In this document: positions 45,751 to 55,434 of the stretch, piece after piece | Layout: every line of letters starts with the position of its first letter | How positions within the stretch are numbered: position 1 is the first letter of the stretch | DNA from: a phage | DNA: 64,000 nucleotides | Sequence record: PX436236.1 | Strand: one strand, 5' to 3' | Notes under the pieces: model-generated | What the model was told of the DNA's origin: nothing | What the model saw: the letters and a program-made list of their open reading frames with translations, nothing else | Database searches by the model: none | Translations under genes and position numbers: made by a program

Positions 45751-46644
45751 TTATTTTAGAGCTAATACTGCCGCGCTAAGCTTGTCACGCTGGATTTCCA
45801 TGTTCTTGATGCGAATCAATACGTCTTGAATACTCTTTTTCTCATCTTCGATCTGACCATTTAAACGGTGGATTGATTCCTGGAGGCGGTCCTCATGATA
45901 CTTCTCGATAGGTTTCATCGTAGGGTTAGTAACAACCAAAGAATTATCAGGTTTAATTTTCCAATGATAAGGTTCGGAATTGAATGGACTCGGTACAGCC
46001 GTGGTTTTGAATCTGTCATAGGCTGCATACTGGCCTACGCTGTCACATGATACTGCAGAGATACGACGTTCCATTTGTGGGTCCTTTTGTTGGGATTGAT
46101 AAGGGGCATAAGACAAAAGATATTCACGAGTTAGTTTAACATTAAAATACACTGCATCAGGCCGTCCGGAACAATCAGCATATTCATCGGTTGTAACTTT
46201 ATATGATTCTACTGCCTTAATACGAGTCATTGCTTCCCTGAATAAGGTTTCGAATGCTTCACGAAGGGCCTTATTACCTTTTGAGGTAGGACGGAAACGA
46301 ACTTGAATACCGTCAGGCAGAATATTAATGACTAGGTTACGAGCCGTAAAATTAATATTCTTGATATTGACAGGAACCGTAGAAATACGTCCTGCAGTAG
46401 CCAAGAGGTCTTTGATATTAGCTCGCAGTGTTGCACCAAATAAATGAGCAGGGCAACGGCAATAATCGTTCAAAGAACTAATATAAGTCCCTTTACGACC
46501 TACACCATAAGTATAATTACCATTACAAATATGACCGAAGTCGGCCAGCCGATCGATAGCGATACGACGAGTCGTGTCATGGTCATAGATGGAATATTCT
46601 TTACGTGTTTTAATGTTCATATCAGAGTCCAAATAATTTTTCAT
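45751..46644 (-). CDS. hypothetical protein, up to 297 aa, coiled-coil C-terminus
   Basis: ORF; start uncertain. Confidence 0.5.
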   Translation of the reverse strand: MKNYLDSDMNIKTRKEYSIYDHDTTRRIAIDRLADFGHICNGNYTYGVGRKGTYISSLNDYCRCPAHLFGATLRANIKDLLATAGRISTVPVNIKNINFTARNLVINILPDGIQVRFRPTSKGNKALREAFETLFREAMTRIKAVESYKVTTDEYADCSGRPDAVYFNVKLTREYLLSYAPYQSQQKDPQMERRISAVSCDSVGQYAAYDRFKTTAVPSPFNSEPYHWKIKPDNSLVVTNPTMKPIEKYHEDRLQESIHRLNGQIEDEKKSIQDVLIRIKNMEIQRDKLSAAVLALK

Positions 46645-46837
46645 AGAGTTTAGCGATAGGCCACAGAATTAGCATACATAACCAGGCAAAGCAAAATACT
46701 GGCCATACAAATGTAATGAATACCGCATCATAGCTTGATTCAATTTTAACCGGGTTCCACGCGCCTGTTTTATGCGCAATCAAAGCAGTAATAAATCCTA
46801 TCACAAGATAAGCAAGAATAAAACCAATAATTTCCAT
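46622..46837 (-). CDS. small membrane protein, 71 aa
   Basis: Two predicted hydrophobic helices. Confidence 0.45.
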   Translation of the reverse strand: MEIIGFILAYLVIGFITALIAHKTGAWNPVKIESSYDAVFITFVWPVFCFAWLCMLILWPIAKLYEKLFGL

Positions 46838-46839
46838 AA

Positions 46840-47682
46840 TTAATCCTTAAGAAGATTTAGGATATCGATATATTTTTGACGTTCAGCCTTGGCTTTAGCA
46901 TTCAGACCAGAGAGTCGGAAAATCTCATCATCTTGTTGTTGAATTGTAACATTAAGACAAGTAAGCAAATTGCTAAAATACTCGATTTGAGCTTGGTGCT
47001 TCTCATTGCTGCGCACTGGCACAGGTTCCGGTTTAGGAGCTTGTTCTGAATGCTCTTCAGCCAGGTCTTTAATTTTATAAAGTTTAATACGCTGACCCAC
47101 CCCAGTTTCGGCATCACCAAAACTAAGAACACCGTGCTGTTCTAATTCGGACAAGGCTAATCGGAGATGGAACTTCCAGTTGTCATATTGACAACCACTA
47201 AAAGTTGAAATGGTATACTCATTTTCATTTCTGGGGTGGTTAACAATACTAAAGATAATCCAATCACCTGAACCATTAGTCTTAAAGGTCATTTGTTTAT
47301 CTTGACCTTTTGCAAGGCGAGCACCTAGTGCTAGTAGACGTCGTTGGTTGGCATGAAGGTCTTGAACCACTTCGTCAAATGACATCGCCGGGATTAAACG
47401 ACCATAGAGGTCGTAGCCTTTGTTATAATTTTTAAGAATAATTTTGGCATTAGCACGAGACAACATACCTGTTTTACGAAGAGTTTTCATGACCCGGTCT
47501 TCTAAGGTAAACGACCTGGTCTTGTCAAAGATTTTAGTGAAGTCATCTTTAACAGTACAAACGTTGAACTTGTCCCACATCATATATAGAACCTTTTCAA
47601 CCACTTCTTTAGAACTCGGAATACGACCAAATTTAATAACTTTTTTAACTTCAGAACGAATTTGATTAATTGCCTGTGACAT
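46840..47682 (-). CDS. hypothetical protein, 280 aa
   Basis: ORF with GAGGAAA RBS. Confidence 0.5.
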   Translation of the reverse strand: MSQAINQIRSEVKKVIKFGRIPSSKEVVEKVLYMMWDKFNVCTVKDDFTKIFDKTRSFTLEDRVMKTLRKTGMLSRANAKIILKNYNKGYDLYGRLIPAMSFDEVVQDLHANQRRLLALGARLAKGQDKQMTFKTNGSGDWIIFSIVNHPRNENEYTISTFSGCQYDNWKFHLRLALSELEQHGVLSFGDAETGVGQRIKLYKIKDLAEEHSEQAPKPEPVPVRSNEKHQAQIEYFSNLLTCLNVTIQQQDDEIFRLSGLNAKAKAERQKYIDILNLLKD

Positions 47683-47719
47683 AATAATTTCCTCAGTAAG
47701 TAATTAAGAACCTAGAACC

Positions 47720-47743
47720 ATTATACCATCCTTGGTATAAAGC
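47720..47743 (-). promoter_or_regulatory. Candidate middle promoter
   Basis: CGCTTTA (MotA-box-like), 11 nt, TATAAT. Confidence 0.35.
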
Positions 47744-47745
47744 GT

Positions 47746-48270
47746 TTATGCGAGAACCGTCTTTAAACGCTCTTCAAATTTATGAAGCAGAGCTTGGCGT
47801 TCAGCTCGTTGTGATTTGTACTGCTCGATACGACCTGAAGTGAGGGCGTACTGTTCGTTTACTGATTCCCGCATAAATTCAGGAATCTCTTTACAAGCTT
47901 TTATTTCGTCAAACTTATCAATAACCGCTTGTTGTTCAGCAATCAGATTATCGAAATAAGCGATATCAGATTTAACGTTTGCCAGGTCTGATTCGGTAGG
48001 CATTAAACGTTTGTTACGTTCAGCTTGATAAGCTTGGTTAGTTTCACGACTCCAGTGAAGAGTACGTTTTTTGTTAGTGTTTTTATAGAGCTCTACAATA
48101 CCGACTGAATCGATGATAACAATCCAGTTCCAACGGCTTTTGTAAATCTCTCCTCCAGCAACGGTAATCTCATTACCACAAGCAACATCGTTAAAGAACT
48201 TGCTTTGTTTTTCAGATTTGAAATTACCATTATTAAAATTAATCAGTGAAAAAATATCTTTAGCGTTCAT
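47746..48270 (-). CDS. hypothetical protein, 174 aa
   Basis: ORF downstream of a promoter cassette. Confidence 0.5.
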   Translation of the reverse strand: MNAKDIFSLINFNNGNFKSEKQSKFFNDVACGNEITVAGGEIYKSRWNWIVIIDSVGIVELYKNTNKKRTLHWSRETNQAYQAERNKRLMPTESDLANVKSDIAYFDNLIAEQQAVIDKFDEIKACKEIPEFMRESVNEQYALTSGRIEQYKSQRAERQALLHKFEERLKTVLA

Positions 48271-48284
48271 GATAACCTCCAGTA

Positions 48285-48325
48285 GTTGATAGGTCTATAG
48301 TATCATTTCTACCGGAGATGTAAAC
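48285..48325 (-). promoter_or_regulatory. Early-promoter cassette
   Basis: GTTTACATCTCCGGTAGAAATGATACTATAGACCTATCAAC; spacer pairs with the downstream SD region through two G-U wobbles. Confidence 0.55.
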
Positions 48326-48327
48326 AA

Positions 48328-48669
48328 CTAATAGAAACTTTTTTCACCGGCTTGACCACTAAACCATGCGGATTGAGTGTTCTCTTTCCGTTGGTGTTCA
48401 ATACGAATGCGATATTCATTCCTGATGGCGCAGAGTTCATCTCGGAAGTCGCCTGCCAACTTTACCTGCTTGCGGTCTAGATTTATTAAGGCCTGGGTGT
48501 TAACGGCCAAGCGCAGTCTCCTGAAGTCTCCTCCACTACACGGATTTTTATAGAATTTCTCAGAAAACTTAGTACTACATTCATTAATATAGTCTTCAAC
48601 AGACTGTTTCATAGCTTTGGAAAAAGTCTGACCTGCTTTATAAAGATTGTAAATAAATTGTTCAAACAT
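48328..48669 (-). CDS. hypothetical protein, 113 aa
   Basis: ORF. Confidence 0.45.
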   Translation of the reverse strand: MFEQFIYNLYKAGQTFSKAMKQSVEDYINECSTKFSEKFYKNPCSGGDFRRLRLAVNTQALINLDRKQVKLAGDFRDELCAIRNEYRIRIEHQRKENTQSAWFSGQAGEKSFY

Positions 48670-48678
48670 AATTCACCC

Positions 48679-49659
48679 TTATTTCAGAAGTGTAACTTCA
48701 GCGATTTCGCTCCAGTCATTTTTATCGGTGGCAATGAAGTCCGCCAGATAAAGAGCTGTACGTAATGATACGTTACGAAGACGAGATACATTAGCCTTCA
48801 TCCAGGACAGTGCTTGATAAGTCTCGGCATCAGTCAGACCACGGTTTTGCATCATATCAGTGGACAGGATAACGTCTTCAACACGGACCATAATCTCTTC
48901 GTTAGAGTGAACTCCGAGGTCTAAGTAAACTGAACGAGATACTAAAGCCTGGAGGTGTGGAGCAAGTTTAGTTCCACGCTCTAATTCACGGTCAATATCA
49001 ACGTTGGTGATGAACACGATGGTGCCTTCATACTCAAATTCTTTATCGATATTTTTATCATCAAGATAAGAACTTGAAGTGCTCCAGCACACCTTACGTT
49101 TTTCACCAGTATCCAATGCTGCTTTTAACAGGTTCAGGATATCCATATCAGAGAATACATCAACATCATCAATAAGAAGAACACTATTAGGGCCGCGGTT
49201 ATTCCAAAGCTGCTCGTAAAGACCGATTCCACTAATCTTTCCGTTGATTGATTTATATTCGATAGTTTCATTTTCGTGGGCATTCTGTAATGCTTTATCT
49301 AAAGAATACGTTTTACCAATACCTGCGGCACCAGAGATGATAAGGGAACGAATTTTACCATCGATGATTCCGTTAGTCATCATGTTCATTACTTTAAAAC
49401 GTTTGTTGATGCGGTGTTTCATTTCTTCAGAAGATTCGGTAACCACTACAGGAGCTTCAGCACCTTCGGTTTCGATATCAGATTTGAATACCCATACACC
49501 ACGTTCAACACCATCAATCTGTACGAATACCTTACCATCACCGAGGTGAGCTTCAGATTCATGAATTTTATTAGGGAACCAGGTTTTACCTGAACTCATG
49601 AACGTACCAGAGATTTCATTACCGCGATAGACACCTTTGTTGATTTTGATAGTTAACAT
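48679..49659 (-). CDS. P-loop NTPase (AAA-like), 326 aa
   Basis: Walker A GAAGIGKT and Walker B VLLIDDVD; start set at MLTIKINK with GGAGAA RBS, downstream of the promoter. Confidence 0.55.
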   Translation of the reverse strand: MLTIKINKGVYRGNEISGTFMSSGKTWFPNKIHESEAHLGDGKVFVQIDGVERGVWVFKSDIETEGAEAPVVVTESSEEMKHRINKRFKVMNMMTNGIIDGKIRSLIISGAAGIGKTYSLDKALQNAHENETIEYKSINGKISGIGLYEQLWNNRGPNSVLLIDDVDVFSDMDILNLLKAALDTGEKRKVCWSTSSSYLDDKNIDKEFEYEGTIVFITNVDIDRELERGTKLAPHLQALVSRSVYLDLGVHSNEEIMVRVEDVILSTDMMQNRGLTDAETYQALSWMKANVSRLRNVSLRTALYLADFIATDKNDWSEIAEVTLLK

Positions 49660-49685
49660 TATATTCTCCATTTCACTCAGTAGAT

Positions 49686-49725
49686 TTGATAGGTCCATAA
49701 TAACATGCTCTACGAGAGTGTAAAC
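49686..49725 (-). promoter_or_regulatory. Early-promoter cassette
   Basis: GTTTAC, 17 nt, TATTAT, GGACCTATCAAA. Confidence 0.5.
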
Positions 49726-49740
49726 TCTTTTTTGCACTAA

Positions 49741-49764
49741 ACCCAAAAAAGGCCCGAAGGCCTT
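49741..49764 (-). terminator. Terminator hairpin (AAGGCC-UUCG-GGCCUU) with U6
   Basis: Immediately after the nucleotidyltransferase stop and before the promoter. Confidence 0.55.
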
Positions 49765-49767
49765 TTA

Positions 49768-50778
49768 TCATTTATAATACGAGTTATGGTTTTCTAGGTA
49801 CACCTCTTCAACGAACTTGTCCCAGAATTTCATGTCTACCTTATCAGGCATACCATTCTTAGCGGCCCAGATAGCATTAGTTTCGACTTCATCTACAATA
49901 GCTTCAAGTTCAGCCTGCACATCTTTAAAAGCATGTAGCCCTTGTTTGATTTCAAGGATAAACGGTGCTGTACGTAAAGGATATTTGAGATCGCCGGTCA
50001 TATAGATTTCCTTCAACTGATAACCGGCACGATAAGCATGGCTCAGAGCTTTCCAATCGATACCTTCATTAGCTTCAGCCTTACGAGCACGTTCGCCATA
50101 TTCAGCATCAAGCTTATTCAGAGATTGCTTGAGCTCGATTAAAGACAAAGTAGTTTGGTACTTACGTCCTAGAACAGTATAGAACGTTTGAGGGCCTGTT
50201 TTCTCATGGTTATGGAATACCCATTCACAGAACTCATTTTCAGGGAGTCTGTGTTTGATATCTTCTACCTTAGTACGACGAAGTCTATCAGGGATTCCTT
50301 CTTGATAGTCAACCCACTGTTCAGGAATCTGGTTAACAATAGCCAGTACACCACGCAGTGCAGCTAGTCGAGAACCCTTAACACCATATTTAGAAGCTTG
50401 CTTACGGACGTACCCTAAATAGGCTTTCATGTTGGTTGTATAGAACCGTGAACGATTGTCTTGGATAAATTTCCATACACCAGGTAAATCAGATTTAACC
50501 ACCATTTCAGGTGGAGTGTGGAGCATATCCAGAGCAACGGTTTCGCCTTCAGCCGCTAGTTTAAAGAAATATTTCAGGCTGTAAAGCTCGTGGTCAACAT
50601 CATCTTTAGTGTTTTTGGAAGCAGTGTTATTCGTGTTCAGGTTGGTATGGTTCATAGCCGTACCTAACAGAATATCACGCGGATGTGGAACAAAGATTTC
50701 TTTAAAATCGACATCAGATTCTGGAGTACTTGTTCCATAAAGGTGGGAGCCAAAATATCCCTTCATAACTGTTCTCAT
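49768..50778 (-). CDS. polymerase-beta-superfamily nucleotidyltransferase-like protein, 336 aa
   Basis: N-terminal YFGSHLYGTSTPESDVDF (GS...DxD signature); AAAGAGG RBS. Confidence 0.5.
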   Translation of the reverse strand: MRTVMKGYFGSHLYGTSTPESDVDFKEIFVPHPRDILLGTAMNHTNLNTNNTASKNTKDDVDHELYSLKYFFKLAAEGETVALDMLHTPPEMVVKSDLPGVWKFIQDNRSRFYTTNMKAYLGYVRKQASKYGVKGSRLAALRGVLAIVNQIPEQWVDYQEGIPDRLRRTKVEDIKHRLPENEFCEWVFHNHEKTGPQTFYTVLGRKYQTTLSLIELKQSLNKLDAEYGERARKAEANEGIDWKALSHAYRAGYQLKEIYMTGDLKYPLRTAPFILEIKQGLHAFKDVQAELEAIVDEVETNAIWAAKNGMPDKVDMKFWDKFVEEVYLENHNSYYK

Positions 50779-51542
50779 TATTCACCTCTTTCATAGTCTT
50801 CAATAAATTGCATAATTAAACGTTGGTAGTTAGATTTGGGATATCCTAATTTACTAATATAAGTACCAAAAGCCCCACGCTTAGGCCTATTTAATTTAAC
50901 CCATAAAGAATAAAGCAAATCATAATCTTGCCAATGTTTTCCTATTCTTTGCTTTGCTTTAGAAGCATCAGATTGCCTCTTTTTAGTTTCCGGATTATTT
51001 AGAGATTTCTTAACAGCATTAGAATGCCTTTCTCTAACATCAGGGCGTTTAAATGCTTCTTTAATAGCTTTAGAAATTTTCTCTTTAACTTCAGGACGGT
51101 TTTGAGCTTCTATTTGAGCGGCAGACATTTTATCTTTTATTTCCGGTAGACTCATAGTTATAGAACGTTTATTTCTATACTCTTCAGTCTTCCATATTTC
51201 TTTCATCGCATTTGAATGAATTTCTGAAAATTTTTCTCTAACTAATTGGTATCCTCTAGAAGTTAGTTTAAGATTTCTTCCTAGAGAATCCTCACCGAAG
51301 CTATAAAACGACCACCAAGCATAAATTAGTCCAGAAGAATCAGAATGAATTCTAGCTAGAAGCCAGTGTGCTATAAAATGTTCTCTGGCTGTCAACAGAA
51401 CTAAATTATTAGGTTCATCACTCCCACCAATACATGATGGGAGTATATGATGGGACTCTGTATAAAAATTTAATTTGGATTTGTCTAATCCTCTAAGTTT
51501 ACCTCTTTGGATTAGACTATCATAAAGCTTGGTATAATTCAT
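50778..51542 (-). CDS. HNH homing endonuclease with NUMOD-like repeats, 254 aa
   Basis: ESHHILPSCIGGSDEPNNLVLLTAREH; repeated N(R/N)PE(V/T)K motifs; C-terminal LGYP..NY. Confidence 0.65.
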   Translation of the reverse strand: MNYTKLYDSLIQRGKLRGLDKSKLNFYTESHHILPSCIGGSDEPNNLVLLTAREHFIAHWLLARIHSDSSGLIYAWWSFYSFGEDSLGRNLKLTSRGYQLVREKFSEIHSNAMKEIWKTEEYRNKRSITMSLPEIKDKMSAAQIEAQNRPEVKEKISKAIKEAFKRPDVRERHSNAVKKSLNNPETKKRQSDASKAKQRIGKHWQDYDLLYSLWVKLNRPKRGAFGTYISKLGYPKSNYQRLIMQFIEDYERGE

Positions 51543-52006
51543 TATGGGTTTGTTTTGTTCTCGAAGTGGATTACCGGACAGACCTTAGATTTACGAGCTT
51601 TAATGTATTGAATAACGATGTTTTCTTTAGTTTCTCGGCCTTCACGCTCAGCTTGAATACGTTGCCATTCCTTTTCTTCTCTACGGGCATCATACCATGC
51701 GTGTAAATTCATCACACCGAATGCCAAACCAATGGATAGCGCAATAATAAGAGCTATTGAAACCAATCCTAAAACAAACCCTAGACTCAACAGAACAGGG
51801 GTACTTAATACAAAGAAATGCTCTAATACACCAACACCTGCAACAGTTAATCCAAAAAGCGTACTACCTGCAACAACAGCACAAGCAAAACAAGCCCAAA
51901 CCATTTTCCAGAAGTAAGCACATAAAGAGTGCGGTCGAGAATGACTGTCATAAAAACGGTCATGAAGTTTAGCGTGCCAAGAGTTTGCATTGATAATCAT
52001 AATCAT
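51542..52006 (-). CDS. membrane protein, 154 aa
   Basis: Several hydrophobic helices. Confidence 0.45.
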   Translation of the reverse strand: MIMIINANSWHAKLHDRFYDSHSRPHSLCAYFWKMVWACFACAVVAGSTLFGLTVAGVGVLEHFFVLSTPVLLSLGFVLGLVSIALIIALSIGLAFGVMNLHAWYDARREEKEWQRIQAEREGRETKENIVIQYIKARKSKVCPVIHFENKTNP

Positions 52007-52016
52007 AATATTTTCC

Positions 52017-52577
52017 TTAAGAGTTCATAGTTGGGATAACAGAGTTCAGATAAGAGACTAAAACTTTTAGTTCGTCTTTAGTAAATACCACTTCACTTTC
52101 ACCATCGTGTCTTTGGGTCAAGGATAACAAATCACGGCCCTGATGTTGATACACGGTTAATTCAGTATCATAATTCAGTTCTTCTTCATCACCTTCAAAG
52201 GTTTCACTAGAACGAATCACGGCATCTTGGCCAGGGACTTTCCATTCAACTTCCGGCTTGCATTCTTCCTGGAACAGTTTGAAAATACAATCAAAGAATT
52301 TATCAGAATCGCTGATGCTCAGACATTCAATACCATTTTCCAGATTAAACCCGGTTTCATTTTTATAGATATAGGCAAACATATCATCATTGATATCGAT
52401 AGGAGCACTAGCCCGACCGTTAAGATAATCGTGTCTATCTAAAACCATTAAATCATAAAGCGGTTTAATATCAGCGATAGTCAGTACGATTTTATCGTCT
52501 TCTTGTGAAAGCTCAATTGCGTTATTAACTACTTCAGCGGACAGTTCGCCAAACAATTCAGTTGTTTCAATAATCAT
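52017..52577 (-). CDS. hypothetical acidic protein, 186 aa
   Basis: ORF. Confidence 0.5.
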   Translation of the reverse strand: MIIETTELFGELSAEVVNNAIELSQEDDKIVLTIADIKPLYDLMVLDRHDYLNGRASAPIDINDDMFAYIYKNETGFNLENGIECLSISDSDKFFDCIFKLFQEECKPEVEWKVPGQDAVIRSSETFEGDEEELNYDTELTVYQHQGRDLLSLTQRHDGESEVVFTKDELKVLVSYLNSVIPTMNS

Positions 52578-52587
52578 TTTCTATTCC

Positions 52588-52785
52588 TCAACGGTTATGT
52601 TTTAAAATACTATAAAGCTCTTCGACTTGGTCTGCATTCAGACAAATCATATCATTTTCTTGTTGGAGCGTGATTCCACCTTTTTCTTCCCAATCTTTAA
52701 CAAAGACGTCATCGTCAGATTCTTCAACATCTGCTAAAAGGGCAATCACACCATCTTCAGAACAACCATTTGGATCGTATAACAT
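52588..52785 (-). CDS. hypothetical protein, 65 aa
   Basis: ORF. Confidence 0.4.
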   Translation of the reverse strand: MLYDPNGCSEDGVIALLADVEESDDDVFVKDWEEKGGITLQQENDMICLNADQVEELYSILKHNR

Positions 52786-52906
52786 TTACAATTTCCTCAC
52801 TAACCATGAAAAGAATAAACCGATTAAAATAGGGCCTATAATCATTGTTGACCAAGCCCAAGGTTCAAGATAGTAAATCATCTTCAGGCTCCTGTGCCAT
52901 CAGCCA

Positions 52907-53089
52907 TTATGCTTTCAACTCATTAAGATACTCAACCAAGGCCGCTTTAGAATTAGCCAAATCTCGTTTACACTGCTCTATTCCGGAATATGAATAGCCT
53001 TCGCAATGTTCTACTGCACTATCATAAGAATCACGTTCAATAGCAGTAGCTAGTTTAAGGATTTGTTCAATCTGTTCAGTAGTTAACAT
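52907..53089 (-). CDS. hypothetical protein, 60 aa
   Basis: ORF. Confidence 0.4.
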   Translation of the reverse strand: MLTTEQIEQILKLATAIERDSYDSAVEHCEGYSYSGIEQCKRDLANSKAALVEYLNELKA

Positions 53090-53093
53090 AATA

Positions 53094-53330
53094 TCACCAG
53101 TATTTGTTGATAGTAGAAATTAATTCTTGGGCTTGGGTAGTCTTCAGTTTACATCCACAACCCTTTAATGTGTCTTTAAGGAGCCACGGTTCCTTGAGCT
53201 CGTCCTTTTCTAGACGAATTCTGTATCCTCGATAATCAGCGAAGATACTTCGGTCGTCGAATATCTTAATCTCAAGGATACGACCGTTGATTTCATATTC
53301 TAATGAAACCGTAGTACTTGTAAGTTTCAT
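53094..53330 (-). CDS. hypothetical protein, 78 aa
   Basis: ORF downstream of a promoter cassette. Confidence 0.45.
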   Translation of the reverse strand: MKLTSTTVSLEYEINGRILEIKIFDDRSIFADYRGYRIRLEKDELKEPWLLKDTLKGCGCKLKTTQAQELISTINKYW

Positions 53331-53346
53331 ACTGTTCTCCTCATTA

Positions 53347-53387
53347 GTTGATAGGTCTATAGTATCATGTTCCTAGAGGATGTAAAC
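53347..53387 (-). promoter_or_regulatory. Early-promoter cassette
   Basis: GTTTACATCCTCTAGGAACATGATACTATAGACCTATCAAC. Confidence 0.55.
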
Positions 53388-53394
53388 ACCTAAA

Positions 53395-53424
53395 CGAAAA
53401 AAGGTCCCACCGAAGTGAGACCTT
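53395..53424 (-). terminator. Terminator hairpin with U-run
   Basis: GGTCTCAC-UUCG-GTGGGACC stem (one mismatch) followed by TTTTTTCG. Confidence 0.45.
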
Positions 53425-53427
53425 TGA

Positions 53428-53811
53428 TTATTCTAACGTCAGCAAATACTTAGTCTGGTAAAAGACGCCAGTGATATCGTCCAAAGTCGACTGGATGGCC
53501 TTAGGAAGTGTATCATAGATTTTATCAGATGCTTTAAGAAGCTCGTCAAGGAAATCTACAGGGTCCTTAGGCAAGTCTGAAGCAGACGGTAATGATGCTT
53601 TATATTCTTTGCCACTGAATCCAAGATATTGCTCACTAAATTGGTCCAGCGGTCCTTGAACTTCTACATAATAGAAGTCATACGCTTTGTGTCTTGCATA
53701 GCTTTTGGTTTCTAAATGGGCTGACTTAAAATAGGCTAAAGAAACCAGTAGCCAACCAATATAAGAATCCACTTCAGACCCTCGACTGGGTACGAAATCA
53801 TTGAACTTCAT
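53428..53811 (-). CDS. hypothetical protein, 127 aa
   Basis: ORF. Confidence 0.5.
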   Translation of the reverse strand: MKFNDFVPSRGSEVDSYIGWLLVSLAYFKSAHLETKSYARHKAYDFYYVEVQGPLDQFSEQYLGFSGKEYKASLPSASDLPKDPVDFLDELLKASDKIYDTLPKAIQSTLDDITGVFYQTKYLLTLE

Positions 53812-54091
53812 CTTCCACCTTCATTAGTTTTACATAACGCTCTCCGATGGCCCGACCTTCAATTGAGCACGCTTCTATAGTCCGACAACTTGAAATCTTC
53901 CAGGAAGCCGTAACATAGGCCCAATAGTCTTCGGAGGCCTTTACGCTGGGTCTACTCATTTGCGCATAAACAGGCATCGCACTACTAGCAAATGCATCCA
54001 TCAATTTATCATTGGCACCATTTGCTAGTGAAACTGTAGGGCTTAAACATCCCGCCATAAGGATACAAGCCGCTGTACGGAAAATATCCAT
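53798..54091 (-). CDS. rI: candidate RI antiholin (lysis inhibition), 97 aa
   Basis: Signal-anchor N-terminus; C-terminal C..IEAC.IEGRAIGERYVKLM resembles T4 RI C..DFECIERGAEM..Y..IM; same length as T4 RI. Confidence 0.5.
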   Translation of the reverse strand: MDIFRTAACILMAGCLSPTVSLANGANDKLMDAFASSAMPVYAQMSRPSVKASEDYWAYVTASWKISSCRTIEACSIEGRAIGERYVKLMKVEDEVQ

Positions 54092-54183
54092 ACAAAAGTC
54101 CTTTGTTGTTTTATACTATTTGCCTTTCGGCCTTAACCGATAGCGATTACCAAAAGCTAAAGCTCTACGGTTAGTATTATTAT

Positions 54184-54462
54184 TTATAGCTTTTTAAGCT
54201 TACGACAATAAGAATAGAACACGTCGTTAAAATTATATTCAACCCAATTCCTCTGTATAGGCGAGGTAATGGAAAGCATATAATGCGCTTTAATTAAATC
54301 CATCCCGTTTTTATTAGGACACTCTTTATTATTAGCATTATACGTCGCTGCTACAACCTCTATCTCTCTTTTGTAAGCCACATCATCCATGATAGGCGAA
54401 AGAACAATATAAGAAATAGCCACAGCGAACGCTAGAATTAAAATCTTTGAATTTAGGTCCAT
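54184..54462 (-). CDS. membrane protein, 92 aa
   Basis: N-terminal hydrophobic helix. Confidence 0.45.
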   Translation of the reverse strand: MDLNSKILILAFAVAISYIVLSPIMDDVAYKREIEVVAATYNANNKECPNKNGMDLIKAHYMLSITSPIQRNWVEYNFNDVFYSYCRKLKKL

Positions 54463-54469
54463 AATACCC

Positions 54470-55042
54470 TCAACTCGTTATTTCTATCCAGTGCTTCCTG
54501 CACAATGACACGTAAGAATCGTTGCCACCTATAGAAACTTGGGCGCCGTCCTTAATTGCGATACCATCCTGGACCCTAGCAGTCATAGTAGCTTTACGGC
54601 CACAATGGCACACACCTTTGTACTCAACGAGTTTATCTGCCGTAGCGAGTAATTCAGCAGAGCCAGGAAACAGTTTACCCTGAAAATCAGTTCTTAGCCC
54701 ATAGCACATAACCGGAACATTATAATTGTCTACTATCTTTGCCAGTTGTTTTATCTGTGCAGGTTCTAAGAACTGTGCTTCATCCACAAATACGCAGTGG
54801 ATATCTTTTTGAGATTCAGCCCAACGATAGAACTCGTATAGGTCCATATCCGGAGTCACGGCATTAGCCTCTTGACTAATCCCTATACGAGACGAAATGC
54901 TATGGCTTGATTCTCTATTGTCTATCGCAGGCTTTAAAAGGAGTACGCCCATACCACGTTCTTTGTAGTTATGAGCTGCCGTTAGCAATGAAGCGGTTTT
55001 CCCGGAATTCATCGCCGCATAATGAAAATAAAGTTGAGCCAT
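54470..55042 (-). CDS. tk: thymidine kinase, 190 aa
   Basis: Highly similar to T4 Tk (YAAMNSGKTASLL...CVFVDEAQFL...CHCG). Confidence 0.9.
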   Translation of the reverse strand: MAQLYFHYAAMNSGKTASLLTAAHNYKERGMGVLLLKPAIDNRESSHSISSRIGISQEANAVTPDMDLYEFYRWAESQKDIHCVFVDEAQFLEPAQIKQLAKIVDNYNVPVMCYGLRTDFQGKLFPGSAELLATADKLVEYKGVCHCGRKATMTARVQDGIAIKDGAQVSIGGNDSYVSLCRKHWIEITS

Positions 55043-55051
55043 ATTACCTTC

Positions 55052-55246
55052 TTAAAGACTATTTACATAAGCAATTAATTCATTTTCCTTTTTAGAAAAC
55101 TCATCCTCTTCACCACCTCTCCAATCCCAATCCAGAGAGTTATCAAATTCACATTCTATGTTGAGTTCCATAAGCTCATGGATAAGCTCAAACAATTTAT
55201 CTTTCTGTTCTTTACTCAGACTCATAACCATTGCACCTTTAAGCAA
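55052..55246 (-). CDS. hypothetical acidic protein, 64 aa
   Basis: ORF. Confidence 0.4.
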   Translation of the reverse strand: MLKGAMVMSLSKEQKDKLFELIHELMELNIECEFDNSLDWDWRGGEEDEFSKKENELIAYVNSL

Positions 55247-55434
55247 TATTCTTCTACATGCTGTTTACGTTTATTTTTATCTATAAAAATATATTCAACG
55301 TATTCACCGATATACCATTTATCAGTGTTGTGTTGACTTTTTATAGGGCATTTAGTTACTCGTGTTTCGGTCCAGCGTCGAATAATTTCCGCTTTGTTTT
55401 TAGGGTCAAACGGATGCGGGTAATGGGCTTTCAT
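55222..55434 (-). CDS. hypothetical protein, 70 aa
   Basis: ORF. Confidence 0.4.
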   Translation of the reverse strand: MKAHYPHPFDPKNKAEIIRRWTETRVTKCPIKSQHNTDKWYIGEYVEYIFIDKNKRKQHVEEYCLKVQWL

